A DNA stretch of 64,000 nt, taken from assembly GCA_963764165.1 (NCBI GenBank), contig CAVXRD010000002.1, positions 2,432,001 through 2,496,000 on the forward strand, given 5' to 3'. The notes under the pieces were generated by a model. That model worked only from the letters and a program-made list of their open reading frames with translations, was not told the origin of the DNA and made no database searches. Positions 46,987-57,154 of the stretch are shown here, in pieces (the stretch's first letter is position 1; every line of letters starts with the position of its first letter). The stretch comes from an uncultured Verrucomicrobiae bacterium. GTDB lineage: Bacteria; Verrucomicrobiota; Verrucomicrobiia; Limisphaerales; Palsa-1400. The translations under genes were made by a program, and so were the position numbers.

Positions 46987-49900
46987 ATGAAAAAACTACA
47001 TTTCAAGATCCTGGCTGTTTCAACGTTAGTTCTTGCCCCATCGGTATTTGCCAATCCTTTGGGGGGTATCGTTGCCAGCGGTAATGCCGCCATTCATCCC
47101 AGCGGGAGTCTTCTGACGATTACCCAAACCACGCCCACGGCCATCATCAACTGGAGTTCTTTCAACATTGGGGCGGGTCAGTCTACCATCTTCCAGTTCA
47201 CCGGCGCGGCCGGGGCCAATTCCTCGGTGCTCAACCGAGTCAATTCAACTAGCCCATCGGTTATTTCAGGTTTGCTGGAATCTACTTTCGGCCCCAAAGG
47301 GGCAATCGGCGGCACGGTGTTGGTGCTAAATCCTAATGGCATCCTTTTTAGCTCCACCGCAACTGTCAACGTCGGCAACCTGACCGCTTCTACTCTGGGC
47401 ATTTCGGATAGCGCGTATCTCAAGGGGGGAACCTTGTCGTTGGCCGGCGGTTCGACCGCTCCGGTCGTCAACGAAGGTTACCTTCATGCCTCGGGCGATA
47501 TTTTCCTGATTGCCAACAGTGTCCAGAACTCAGGTGCGATTGATGCCGGCAACACGGCGGGTCTAGCGGCCGGCAACAGTGTCACTCTCATGCAATCGGG
47601 TTTGGAGCGTCTCACTGTCAATGCCAGCCAGCCGGGCGGCGCGTCCACGGGCGTGAATAACACCGGCGCCATCCAGACGGCGGTGGCGGATCTGGCGGCC
47701 GCGGGAGGCAATATCTACGCGCTAGCCATTAATAATGGCGGCGTCGTGCGCGCCACCACTGTAACGGAATCGGGCGGACACATTTATCTGCAAGGCAATG
47801 GCGGCAAGGTTGTCAACTCCGGCACCTTGGATGCCTCGGCCACCAAGGGCGCGGGTGGCGCCGTTGAAGTCACCGGTGGCAATGTTTCTTTGACAAGCAG
47901 CAGCGTCATCAACGCCAGCGGCCCTTCCGCCGGCGGCACGGTGCTGGTGGGCGGTGGCTCCCACGGGACGGATTCATCGATTCCCGATGCCACTGCGACG
48001 ACGGTGGCCGCGGGCGCCACGATCAATGCCAGCGCCACCGCCGACGGCAACGGCGGCAACGTGGTTGTTTGGGGAAACAGCGATACCTTTGCGGGAAACG
48101 TTACCACCAAGGGCGGGGTTTCCGGGGGTAATGGCGGTCATGTGGAGGTTTCAGGGGATACGCTCGGTTTTAAGGGCATGGTTACCACAACTGCGCCCAA
48201 GGGCAGTTCAGGTATGTTGCTGCTGGATCCGGTTGACGAAACGATTGACAACAATCCTGCCGACGTAGGTGCTACTCAATGGAGCACTCTCATCGCCCAG
48301 AACACGCCTCAAACGATCACGGCCAACCATTTGACTCTTGAGGCCACACTGGGTGGCTCTCCTTCCGTTGATTTGGCTTCTGCCCAAAATTACACCTTTA
48401 TTGCGGAATCGACTCTCGTAGACACGGCGATTATAAAAAACACCCAAGCTACTTCTTCGACGACTCTGAGCCTTCAAAGCGGCGGCTCGATGACAATTAG
48501 CGGGGCAATCAACCTCGGCCCGACCGGGGGCACTCCGGTGGGCACAATAAGTTTGATGAGCGCTGGCAACGTTAGCATCGGAGCCGACCTGGCCGCTTCC
48601 ACTGTCAGCGTCCAATCCGGCTCCACGGGCCTGGGCGGGAACATTTCCTGGGCAGCCAACAACTTGACAGTCTCCGCTGACACCCAGATTTACCAGGCCG
48701 GCGACGCTGGCAGCACCACGTCATACGCGGATCTCAGCGGCAATGTGAGCGGGCACGCTCCCCAGTTCTTGAACGCGGCGGGCAACGACATACCATCATC
48801 GTTTGTATTCGAGCAAGACGCCGCTATTGGTGGGGCGGGCCAGACGCCGCTCCCGGCGATCACTCAGTTTGGCCCTTCGAGCAGCCCTGTCAGCAGCTTG
48901 GTCAATGCCTCGGCGAACCCAATGGCCTACACCGTCCAATCTGACGGAGGCGACGTAACGCTGGCAAGTGGCGTAGGGGCAAATGTGGCGGGGAGTGCCT
49001 TGACGTTGAACGCAAACGGAACAGTCAATCTCAATGACAGTCTCAATTTAGCGTCCCTCGGTGTCACTGGCCCGAGCATTAACTTCAACGGCGGCAGCGT
49101 GACCACGGTCGGTGGACAGATTTATAGCGGTGCGTCCACTTTGGTCAGCGACGAGGTCAATACTGGCACGACAATCAACTACACCGGGACAGTCGACGGG
49201 GGTTTCAGCCTGAAGGATATCGGCTCGACCACCTTCGGCGAAGCAGTGGGCGGGACGGCACCCCTAGCCTCGGTGACGGACACCGGAACGACGGCGATCA
49301 ACGGGGGGAGCGTGGCGACGAGCGGGGCGCAAACTTACAATGATCTAGTGACACTGGGAGCCAACACTGCATTGAACAGCGGGACCATTGAACTGGCCGG
49401 AGTGGCGGGAGCGGGCTTCAATTTGACGTTGAACAACACGGGCGCGGCGACCTTGAACGGAGTGGAGAGCGGGATCGGCACCCTGACGGCCTCAGCTAGC
49501 GCAGGCGCCTCGCTGACCGTGGACAACACAATTTCGGCCGGATCGCTGGTTGACAATCAAACCACGACGCTGAATGGCACGGGCGGCAGCGAGACCATCA
49601 CCACGACAGGCGGCGACCAGAATTACACTAAGACAGTGACGCTAGGAGCAAACACGACGCTGAACAGCGGGACCATTGAACTGGCCGGAGTGACGGGGGC
49701 AGGCTTCAATTTGACGTTGAACAACACGGGCGCGGCGACCTTGAACGGGGCGGAGAGCAGCGTCGGCACCCTGACGGCCTCGGCCAGCCCAAGTGCCTCG
49801 CTGACCGTGGATAACACAATTTCGGCCGGATCGGTGGTTGACAATCAAGCCACGACGCTCAACGGCACGGGCGGCAGCGAGACAATAACCACCACGGGCG

Positions 49901-52900
49901 GCGACCAGGATTACACCAAGACAGTGACCTTGGGTGCCAACACGACGCTGAATAGCGGGACCATTGAACTGGCCGGGGTAACGGGTGCAGGCTTCAATTT
50001 GACGTTGAACAACACGGGCGCGGCGACCCTGAACGGAGCGGAAACCGCCGTCGGCACCCTGACGGCCTCAGCCAGCCCGGGTGCATCGTTGACGGTGGAC
50101 AACACAATTTCGGCTGGATCGCTGGTTGACAATCAAACCACGACGCTGAATGGCACGGGCGGCAGCGAGACCATCACCACGACAGGCGGCGACCAGAATT
50201 ACACCAAGACAGTGACGCTAGGAGCAAACACGACGCTGAACGGCGGGACCATTGAACTGGCCGGAGTGACGGGGGCAGGCTTCAATTTGACGTTGAACAA
50301 CACGGGCGCGGCGACCTTGAACGGGGCGGAGAGCAGCGTCGGCACCCTGACGGCCTCGGCCAGCCCAAGTGCCTCGCTGACCGTGGATAACACAATTTCG
50401 GCCGGATCGGTGGTTGACAATCAAGCCACGACGCTCAACGGCACGGGCGGCAGCGAGACAATAACCACCACGGGCGGCGACCAGGATTACACCAAGACAG
50501 TGACCTTGGGTGCCAACACGACGCTGAATAGCGGGACCATTGAACTGGCCGGGGTAACGGGTGCGGGCTTCAATTTGACGTTGAACAACACGGGCGCGGC
50601 GACCCTGAACGGAGTGGAAACCGCCGTCGGCACCCTGACGGCCTCAGCCAGCCCGGGTGCATCGTTGACGGTGGACAACACAATTTCGGCTGGATCGCTG
50701 GTTGACAATCAAACCACGACGCTGAATGGCACGGGCGGCAGCGAGACGATCACCACGACAGGCGGCGACCAGGATTACACCAAGACAGTAACGTTGGGAG
50801 CCAATACGGTGTTGGGTGGTGCTACCATTGAACTTTCCGGAGTGACGGGGGCAGGCTTCAATTTGACGTTGAACAACACGGGCGCGGCGACCTTGAACGG
50901 GGCGGAGAGCGGCGTCGGCACCCTGACGGCCTCAGCCAGCCCAAGTGCCTCGCTGACTGTGGATAACACAATTTCGGCCGGATCGGTGGTTGACAATCAA
51001 GCCACGACGCTCAACGGCGCAAGCGGCAGCGAGACCATAACCACCACGGGCGGCGACCAGGATTACACCAAGACAGTGACCTTGGGTGCCAACACGACGT
51101 TGAATAGCGAGACTATTGAACTGGCTGGCGTGGCTGGGGCAGGCTTCAATTTGACGTTGAACAACACGGGCGTGGCGACATTGAACGGAGCGGAGAGTGG
51201 GTTGGGGGCTTTGACCGCCAACGGCACTGGAAGCTTGGTGGTGAACAACACGATTGCCGGAGCGTCGGTGAGCGACAACGAAATCACGGCGCTGAGTGGC
51301 GGCAGCGTGGCGACGACAGGAACGCAGACCTACAGTGACGCCGTGACATTGGGAGCCAATGATGTGCTGACCAGCACCGGGACGGGAGTGGCTGGAAACA
51401 TCACGTTTGCCTCGCCTGTGAATGGAGCCGACAGCCTGACGGTGAACACATCTGGAACTACGACCTTTAGCGGGGCGGTGGCTGTTCAGAGCCTGACAGT
51501 GGACCAGAGCGACACCCTTGGAAGCATTGCTTTGAATGGCGGGGCAGTCACGACCACGACCGGGCAGACGTATGACGCTGCGGTGACGTTGGGAGCCAAC
51601 ACAGTGTTGAAGGATACAGGAACTGGAGCGATCACGTTTGGCCCGTCGGCGACGATAACAGGGACGAGCGAGACGCTGGACGTGGAAACCACAGGAGCCA
51701 CGGCGGCAACCTTTGGGGGGGCGGTGAATGTTCAGAGTCTGACAGTAGAGCAGAGTGACACCCTCGGAAGCATTGCTTTGAATGGCGGATCGGTCACGAC
51801 CACGGCCGGCGGGCAGACGTATGGCGGCGCGGTGACTCTGGGCGGAAACACTGCGGAAACTTTGACAGCCGGAACAGTAACCTTCGGCGGGCCGGTGAGC
51901 GAGGCGAGCGGCCAGAACAATAACCTGACGGTCGGCGGCGCGCTAATCGTTAACGGCGGCAGTGTCAACACCGGCACAGGCAATCAAACTTATGGCAGCA
52001 CCGTGACTGGCAGTGGTGATGTGGCGCTCACCGGGGGCGCCTTGCAGGTCACTGGCGCCTTCACCGCGCCAAACGGAACTCTTACGGCAAACGGCGCGCT
52101 GACCGCAGGGAATATCGTATCTGCCCAAAATGTCGGTCTGACCACAGCCACTATTGCTGGCGATTTAACCGCGACGACAGGAAGCGTCGGTTCAAGCGGG
52201 ACGATCAGCGCACAAAACATTTCAGCCAGTCAAGCCATCGACGTGGGTGGCATTGGCAACAGCGGTAATGTCACTGCCGGAACGAGCGTAACTGTGAACG
52301 GTTCAGCCAACTTGACTGGAGCGCTGACAGCCACCGCGGGCAGTGTGGCCACTGGTAATGTAAATGCGGCGTTGATTACCGCCGCGACCGGGGTATCGGT
52401 GAACGGGAACGCCACCGTTACCGGCGCAATCTCCTCAACGACTGGCAATTTAGCCGTCGGCGGGGCCAACAACACAGTTCAAGCTGGCTCGGTCACAGCC
52501 ACGGCAGGCAGCGTGAGTTTGACAGGAACAACGACCACGGGAGCTGTCACCGCAGGCGAGAATGTCAATTTGACTGGCACCACCACGGCGACAACGATTA
52601 GCACCGGATCCAGCGGAAGCATCGCGTCAAGCGGTGGAAATCTGACGGCCAGCGCTTTGATGGCTGGCGAGGGAATTACAACCGGGAACGCGAACGTCAG
52701 CGGCGTGATCAATGCCGGCAATGGCGGATTGTCCGCACCGGGCGCCACAATCAGCGCCTCGTCCATCTCGGCTGGAACCAGCGTTACGACCGGGAACGTC
52801 ACCGCAGGCTCCATTGCGGCGGGAACAGGGGTGACAGTGGCCGGGAACGCCACCGTTACCGGCGCAATCTCCTCAACGACTGGCAATTTAGCCGTTGGCG

Positions 52901-54261
52901 GGGCCAACAACTCGGTTCAAGCTGGCTCGGTCACAGCCACGGCAGGCAGCGTGAGTTTGACAGGAACAACGACAACGGGTGCCGTGACCGCTGGCGAGAA
53001 TATCAATTTGACCGGCACCACCACGGCGACAACGATTAGCACCGGATCCAGCGGAAGCATCGCGTCAAGCGGTGGAAATCTGACGGCCAGCGCTTTGATG
53101 GCTGGCGAGGGAATTACAACCGGGAACGCGAACGTCAGCGGCGTGATCAATGCCGGCAATGGCGGATTGTCCGCACCGGGCGCCACAATCAGCGCCTCGT
53201 CCATCTCGGCTGGAACCAGCGTTACGACCGGGAACGTCACCGCAGGCTCCATTGCGGCGGGAACAGGGGTGACAGTGGCCGGGAACGCCACCGTTACCGG
53301 CGCAATCTCCTCAACCGCTGACAATATAACCGTCGGCGGGGCCAACAACACAGTTCAAGCGGCCTCGATCACCGCCCCGGGAGGCAGCGTGAATTTGACA
53401 GGGACGACGACCACGGGAATCGTCCACGCTGGCGGGAATGTGAATTTGACCGGCAGCACCACGGCGACCGCGATCAGCGCCGGATCCAGCGGAAGCGTCA
53501 CGTCAAGCGGTGGAAGTCTGGCTGCGAGTTCCATCGCGGCGGGAAGAGGGGTGTCAGTGGCCGGGAACGCTACCGTTACCGGCGCAATCTCCGCAACGGC
53601 TGGCAACGTAGTCCTCGGCGGGGCCAATAGCATAGTCCGTGCTGGTTCGATCACCGCCTCATCGGGCAATGTGAATTTGACAGGAACAACGACGATCGGC
53701 AACACCGCCGCCAGCGGGAGTATCAATGCGAACGGCGCGGAGAACCTCACCGGAGTGGTGCATGCCGGAAGCGGCCCCCTGAGCTTGGACAATGTGACGG
53801 TTACAGGCTCTGCGACGCTGGAATCGGGTGCCAGCGGCAATAGTCCAATCACAATCAATGGAAATCTGACGACGCAAAAGGGCTCGACGTTGCAAATCGA
53901 CAATCCTTTAACGATCGATGGCACCGTCGACGCTGCGGGCACCACGACCACGCTTACGCCATTCATTACATTAAATAGCACGGTCGCACCGACATTTAAT
54001 TTCAATCTCCAGCAAGACCTTGTGGTGGCTGGCGCGCCAGGACCGCACCTCACAGTCATCGGCAACGGGCACACGTTCACATATGAGGACATCAACTTGA
54101 ACCAAATCGGCGAATTCGCTGAAGACTCTCTGGGTGAACTGGGGCCGCGCATCAGACGGGGCCAGGCGGCAAAGGTTGAAGTCAAGCCTGGCCAGGGAAA
54201 ACAATATCCGGCGATGATTCCGGAACTGAGCAGTTTCCCATCCTACCCGGGCAACCGATGA
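46987..54261 (+). CDS. Two-partner secretion passenger TpsA (filamentous haemagglutinin/HMW1-like beta-helical protein)
   Basis: Signal peptide MKKLHFKILAVSTLVLAPSVFA-NPLGG; TPS domain INWSSFNI, VLNRV, LNPNGILF; GGHVEVSG, LLLDP; long G/T/S/N/A-rich repeats. Confidence 0.93.
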   Translation: MKKLHFKILAVSTLVLAPSVFANPLGGIVASGNAAIHPSGSLLTITQTTPTAIINWSSFNIGAGQSTIFQFTGAAGANSSVLNRVNSTSPSVISGLLESTFGPKGAIGGTVLVLNPNGILFSSTATVNVGNLTASTLGISDSAYLKGGTLSLAGGSTAPVVNEGYLHASGDIFLIANSVQNSGAIDAGNTAGLAAGNSVTLMQSGLERLTVNASQPGGASTGVNNTGAIQTAVADLAAAGGNIYALAINNGGVVRATTVTESGGHIYLQGNGGKVVNSGTLDASATKGAGGAVEVTGGNVSLTSSSVINASGPSAGGTVLVGGGSHGTDSSIPDATATTVAAGATINASATADGNGGNVVVWGNSDTFAGNVTTKGGVSGGNGGHVEVSGDTLGFKGMVTTTAPKGSSGMLLLDPVDETIDNNPADVGATQWSTLIAQNTPQTITANHLTLEATLGGSPSVDLASAQNYTFIAESTLVDTAIIKNTQATSSTTLSLQSGGSMTISGAINLGPTGGTPVGTISLMSAGNVSIGADLAASTVSVQSGSTGLGGNISWAANNLTVSADTQIYQAGDAGSTTSYADLSGNVSGHAPQFLNAAGNDIPSSFVFEQDAAIGGAGQTPLPAITQFGPSSSPVSSLVNASANPMAYTVQSDGGDVTLASGVGANVAGSALTLNANGTVNLNDSLNLASLGVTGPSINFNGGSVTTVGGQIYSGASTLVSDEVNTGTTINYTGTVDGGFSLKDIGSTTFGEAVGGTAPLASVTDTGTTAINGGSVATSGAQTYNDLVTLGANTALNSGTIELAGVAGAGFNLTLNNTGAATLNGVESGIGTLTASASAGASLTVDNTISAGSLVDNQTTTLNGTGGSETITTTGGDQNYTKTVTLGANTTLNSGTIELAGVTGAGFNLTLNNTGAATLNGAESSVGTLTASASPSASLTVDNTISAGSVVDNQATTLNGTGGSETITTTGGDQDYTKTVTLGANTTLNSGTIELAGVTGAGFNLTLNNTGAATLNGAETAVGTLTASASPGASLTVDNTISAGSLVDNQTTTLNGTGGSETITTTGGDQNYTKTVTLGANTTLNGGTIELAGVTGAGFNLTLNNTGAATLNGAESSVGTLTASASPSASLTVDNTISAGSVVDNQATTLNGTGGSETITTTGGDQDYTKTVTLGANTTLNSGTIELAGVTGAGFNLTLNNTGAATLNGVETAVGTLTASASPGASLTVDNTISAGSLVDNQTTTLNGTGGSETITTTGGDQDYTKTVTLGANTVLGGATIELSGVTGAGFNLTLNNTGAATLNGAESGVGTLTASASPSASLTVDNTISAGSVVDNQATTLNGASGSETITTTGGDQDYTKTVTLGANTTLNSETIELAGVAGAGFNLTLNNTGVATLNGAESGLGALTANGTGSLVVNNTIAGASVSDNEITALSGGSVATTGTQTYSDAVTLGANDVLTSTGTGVAGNITFASPVNGADSLTVNTSGTTTFSGAVAVQSLTVDQSDTLGSIALNGGAVTTTTGQTYDAAVTLGANTVLKDTGTGAITFGPSATITGTSETLDVETTGATAATFGGAVNVQSLTVEQSDTLGSIALNGGSVTTTAGGQTYGGAVTLGGNTAETLTAGTVTFGGPVSEASGQNNNLTVGGALIVNGGSVNTGTGNQTYGSTVTGSGDVALTGGALQVTGAFTAPNGTLTANGALTAGNIVSAQNVGLTTATIAGDLTATTGSVGSSGTISAQNISASQAIDVGGIGNSGNVTAGTSVTVNGSANLTGALTATAGSVATGNVNAALITAATGVSVNGNATVTGAISSTTGNLAVGGANNTVQAGSVTATAGSVSLTGTTTTGAVTAGENVNLTGTTTATTISTGSSGSIASSGGNLTASALMAGEGITTGNANVSGVINAGNGGLSAPGATISASSISAGTSVTTGNVTAGSIAAGTGVTVAGNATVTGAISSTTGNLAVGGANNSVQAGSVTATAGSVSLTGTTTTGAVTAGENINLTGTTTATTISTGSSGSIASSGGNLTASALMAGEGITTGNANVSGVINAGNGGLSAPGATISASSISAGTSVTTGNVTAGSIAAGTGVTVAGNATVTGAISSTADNITVGGANNTVQAASITAPGGSVNLTGTTTTGIVHAGGNVNLTGSTTATAISAGSSGSVTSSGGSLAASSIAAGRGVSVAGNATVTGAISATAGNVVLGGANSIVRAGSITASSGNVNLTGTTTIGNTAASGSINANGAENLTGVVHAGSGPLSLDNVTVTGSATLESGASGNSPITINGNLTTQKGSTLQIDNPLTIDGTVDAAGTTTTLTPFITLNSTVAPTFNFNLQQDLVVAGAPGPHLTVIGNGHTFTYEDINLNQIGEFAEDSLGELGPRIRRGQAAKVEVKPGQGKQYPAMIPELSSFPSYPGNR
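49335..51200 (+). repeat. Tandem 288-nt (96-aa) repeats in tpsA, about 6.5 copies
   Basis: Unit VTLGANTTLNSGTIELAGVTGAGFNLTLNNTGAATLNG...GGDQ.YTK; shadow ORFs recur every 288 nt. Confidence 0.95.
52405..53700 (+). repeat. Tandem 438-nt (146-aa) repeats in tpsA, two full copies plus shorter derivatives
   Basis: GGGAACGCCACCGTTACCGGCGCAATCTCC at 52405, 52843, 53281 and a variant at 53563. Confidence 0.9.
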
Positions 54262-54279
54262 TTGGGCTTAATCCAAGCT

Positions 54280-56181
54280 ATGATAAAATTCAAATCTCAC
54301 TTGGCCCATGCGGCTATTTTGGTTGCATGCGGCTTCCTGACAACATTTCTCGCACCCAATCGCCTTTTTGGCCAGACCAATAGCATGGGAGGGGGGCACG
54401 GCTTGCCCGAAGGCAATCCGATAACAAAATTGCGTGGAATAATTATTTTGCCCACTTATGCGCAGGCAGCCTCCGGCGCGGGGGTAACTGGACCCGGCGG
54501 CGTTGCGGAGCGGGTCCAGCGGAAAATTCAGCAGATCACAGACCCAAAGATCACAAATGCGGTCGGGATTGTCGTGGTCGCCCCGGAATTTCTCAGCACC
54601 AGCGAGTTTATCCGCCGGTTGCAGCCATTCCTGGATAAGCCACTTACCGATGCCAGTCTGGCAGCGATACAATTCCGGATTCGGGACTATTGCAAGTCGC
54701 ACGGTCATTTGATCGTCGACGTGATTACCCCGGAGCAGGATGTTGTCAACCAAGTCATCCGCATTGCCGTGGTGGAGGGCGAATTGGCGCACCTTAAGGT
54801 TACCCAGCTTGGCAAGCGCTGGTTTGCCGATTCAATCCTAATCAAGGGAGCGGACTTCAAGACAAACGCGCCCGTTCTCGAGGGCCAATTGAACAGCGGG
54901 CTGGTTTGGGTCAACAATAATACCTACCAGAGCCTCGGGGTGGACGCCTTTAGCGGAACGTTTCGCGACGTGAGCGCCAGTTTCTCGCGAGGGGAGGATA
55001 TTGGCCACACGGATATTGACCTGCGCGCGCAGGAACGGTTCCCATTGCGTGTATTTGCCGGCTACGATGATTCAGGGATCACGGCCATCGGCGAGGACCA
55101 GTTTTTCGGCGGACTGACATGGGCCAACGCGTTTGGCTTGGATCACCGCGCCTCATACACATACCTGACGGATGCCAATCTGAATCGCCTGCAGCAGCAT
55201 AGCGGCAGTTACGCGATTCCATTGCCCGGCCACCAGCTCTTTACGATCTACGGAGCCTTCGCGAACTTGAACCCAGACTTTTCTGACATTCCCGAGGCAA
55301 GCAATCTGAGGCAGAAGGGTCAATATTACCAGTTGACAGCGCGTCATCTGCTCGCGCTTCCGTCGCTGGGGAATTACGATCATTCGCTGACATTTGGTTT
55401 TGACTACAAGAACACCGATACGCCGCTGTTGTTTACGGCTTCAACCGCGTCGACCATTTTGCAAACGAATCGTGTCCAGGTAAATCAGTTCAGCCTCGAA
55501 TATGCCGGGCGTCTCAAGGACCATTTCGGAACGACTGGCTTCAATTTGCAGGGCGTCTACAGCCCGGGCGGTTTGACTGAAAATGACGACACTGCCGAGT
55601 ATGACACGTTTCGGCGGGGAACGACCGCGCATTACTTATATGGACGGGCCGTGCTTCAGCGCGAGACATTGCTGCCACTCAGCCTCCCGGGGTCGATGGG
55701 TTCCATCGAGCCGCGGAAATTCACATGGTTTTTCAAGGCCTCTGGTCAGTTTACGGACAATCGTCTGATAACGACAGAGCAGCTCGGCCTGGGCGGTTTT
55801 GACACGGTAAGAGGCTACGACGAGCGAATCGTGGAAGGTGATTTCGGTTATTTGATAAACAACGAATTGCGCGCGCCGCGAATTAAGCTTGGCAATCTGA
55901 CGCGGCAGGCCAATCACCAGGACTGGATGCAGGCGGTGCTTTTTTGCGATTATGGATCGGCTTACAACCAGCGCGCGAATTCCGCCCTGTTGGAGTCCTA
56001 TCATCAGGAGTTGACTTCCCTGGGTGTGGGTTTGCGTTATGAAGTGGCGGATAACTTGCGTTTTCGATTTGATTATGGATTTCAACTCTCGCGGTCCTAC
56101 GCGACCACCGCGCCGGACGCCACTTCGTTGGGCAAGCAGCCTTCATCTCGCGCCAATTTCGGCGTTGAGTTGAGTTTTTGA
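54280..56181 (+). CDS. TpsB transporter (ShlB/FhaC/HecB family, Omp85 superfamily)
   Basis: Signal peptide; POTRA-like region (Y...GH....VITPEQD....IRIAVVEG); GYDDSG; LGGFDTVRGYDE loop motif; C-terminal Phe. Confidence 0.93.
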   Translation: MIKFKSHLAHAAILVACGFLTTFLAPNRLFGQTNSMGGGHGLPEGNPITKLRGIIILPTYAQAASGAGVTGPGGVAERVQRKIQQITDPKITNAVGIVVVAPEFLSTSEFIRRLQPFLDKPLTDASLAAIQFRIRDYCKSHGHLIVDVITPEQDVVNQVIRIAVVEGELAHLKVTQLGKRWFADSILIKGADFKTNAPVLEGQLNSGLVWVNNNTYQSLGVDAFSGTFRDVSASFSRGEDIGHTDIDLRAQERFPLRVFAGYDDSGITAIGEDQFFGGLTWANAFGLDHRASYTYLTDANLNRLQQHSGSYAIPLPGHQLFTIYGAFANLNPDFSDIPEASNLRQKGQYYQLTARHLLALPSLGNYDHSLTFGFDYKNTDTPLLFTASTASTILQTNRVQVNQFSLEYAGRLKDHFGTTGFNLQGVYSPGGLTENDDTAEYDTFRRGTTAHYLYGRAVLQRETLLPLSLPGSMGSIEPRKFTWFFKASGQFTDNRLITTEQLGLGGFDTVRGYDERIVEGDFGYLINNELRAPRIKLGNLTRQANHQDWMQAVLFCDYGSAYNQRANSALLESYHQELTSLGVGLRYEVADNLRFRFDYGFQLSRSYATTAPDATSLGKQPSSRANFGVELSF

Positions 56182-56230
56182 CGAGGTGATAGCTGGTCTC
56201 GAATGGGCAAACGTTTGACTGCAGATATCC

Positions 56231-57148
56231 ATGTCGCGACTCAGCGAACAAGAATCAAAACAAGTTAATGATCTAGCCTCTCGCCTGCGGTTGATTCAGG
56301 CGGATAGCGCTTTTGCATCAGCGGAAAAGCGGCGGGATTATCTTCAGGAAGAACTCGCCCGATCGGTGAATACGGTGTCCGGGGCCGCGCGCAAAGACTT
56401 CCTGGCCGCGTTGTTGTGCCGATTCCCTGTCGGGGGCCAGATTCTCCAAGCCAAACCCGCTGCCGCCGCCGTACCTGCTCCGCCTTCGCCCCCGCCTCCG
56501 CCTTTGACTTCGGACGAATTGCTGGAAAAGTTCATTGCCAGCGCCAGTCAATTGCCAGCCGACAGGCGGGCTGCCTTCTCAGAACGGCTTGGCCGGGCCG
56601 GATTTGCGTGGGCCGATAAGGCGGCCATTGAACTCGATGTTGGCTCTGAATTGCGGCAACGACTCGGCCTGAAGCCCGAGCAAAAAGTGAAATTGACGCG
56701 CTTAGTCCAAGTGGTGATTCTCCTGGCTGAACGCGTGTCCCAGCTCGAGCAAGCCACTTTCAAGACCTGGGGCGAATTGAAAAAAGCAGGCCAGGCCAAG
56801 CGTTCCGCCGAATTTCGAGCAGCCGCAGCCCTGTATTTAGCGGGCGAGGACGACTCATTGGAGGCGCTTATGCAGGGCTTGGTTGCGCTGGTGGCGGCCC
56901 TGCAGGCTGCGATGCTGCGCGCCACCGTCGAGTTTGAGCGGGAATTGATCGTTCGCCTGGGGCCCCAGCAGATCGAGAATTTGGTGACCGAAGAGGGTGG
57001 CGTCGGATTTCTCAAGAATAAAGGGGAGCGGTTGTGGAAAAAATACGCTGAATTGGCCGCGGATTTTACAACCCCGGGAGTCATTGATCGGCAAGTGAAA
57101 GACCTTTATGTGAAGACCGTGGAGGCTGCCATGCGGGGCAACCGGTAA
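56231..57148 (+). CDS. TagH/Fha C-terminal-domain-like protein without an FHA domain
   Basis: LQAAMLRA....ELIVRLGPQQIE......GFLKNKGERLWKKYAEL resembles the helical C-terminus of TagH; directly upstream of tssK; no FHA motif visible. Confidence 0.55.
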   Translation: MSRLSEQESKQVNDLASRLRLIQADSAFASAEKRRDYLQEELARSVNTVSGAARKDFLAALLCRFPVGGQILQAKPAAAAVPAPPSPPPPPLTSDELLEKFIASASQLPADRRAAFSERLGRAGFAWADKAAIELDVGSELRQRLGLKPEQKVKLTRLVQVVILLAERVSQLEQATFKTWGELKKAGQAKRSAEFRAAAALYLAGEDDSLEALMQGLVALVAALQAAMLRATVEFERELIVRLGPQQIENLVTEEGGVGFLKNKGERLWKKYAELAADFTTPGVIDRQVKDLYVKTVEAAMRGNR

Positions 57149-57154
57149 TTCCGT

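Noticed and set aside
49335..51287. Series of 73-aa minus-strand ORFs as a gene array
   Set aside because: They are antisense shadows of the tpsA tandem repeats.
46987..56181. Contact-dependent inhibition (cdiBAI) locus
   Set aside because: No VENN/pre-toxin motif, no toxin-like C-terminal domain, no immunity ORF, and the order is tpsA-tpsB.
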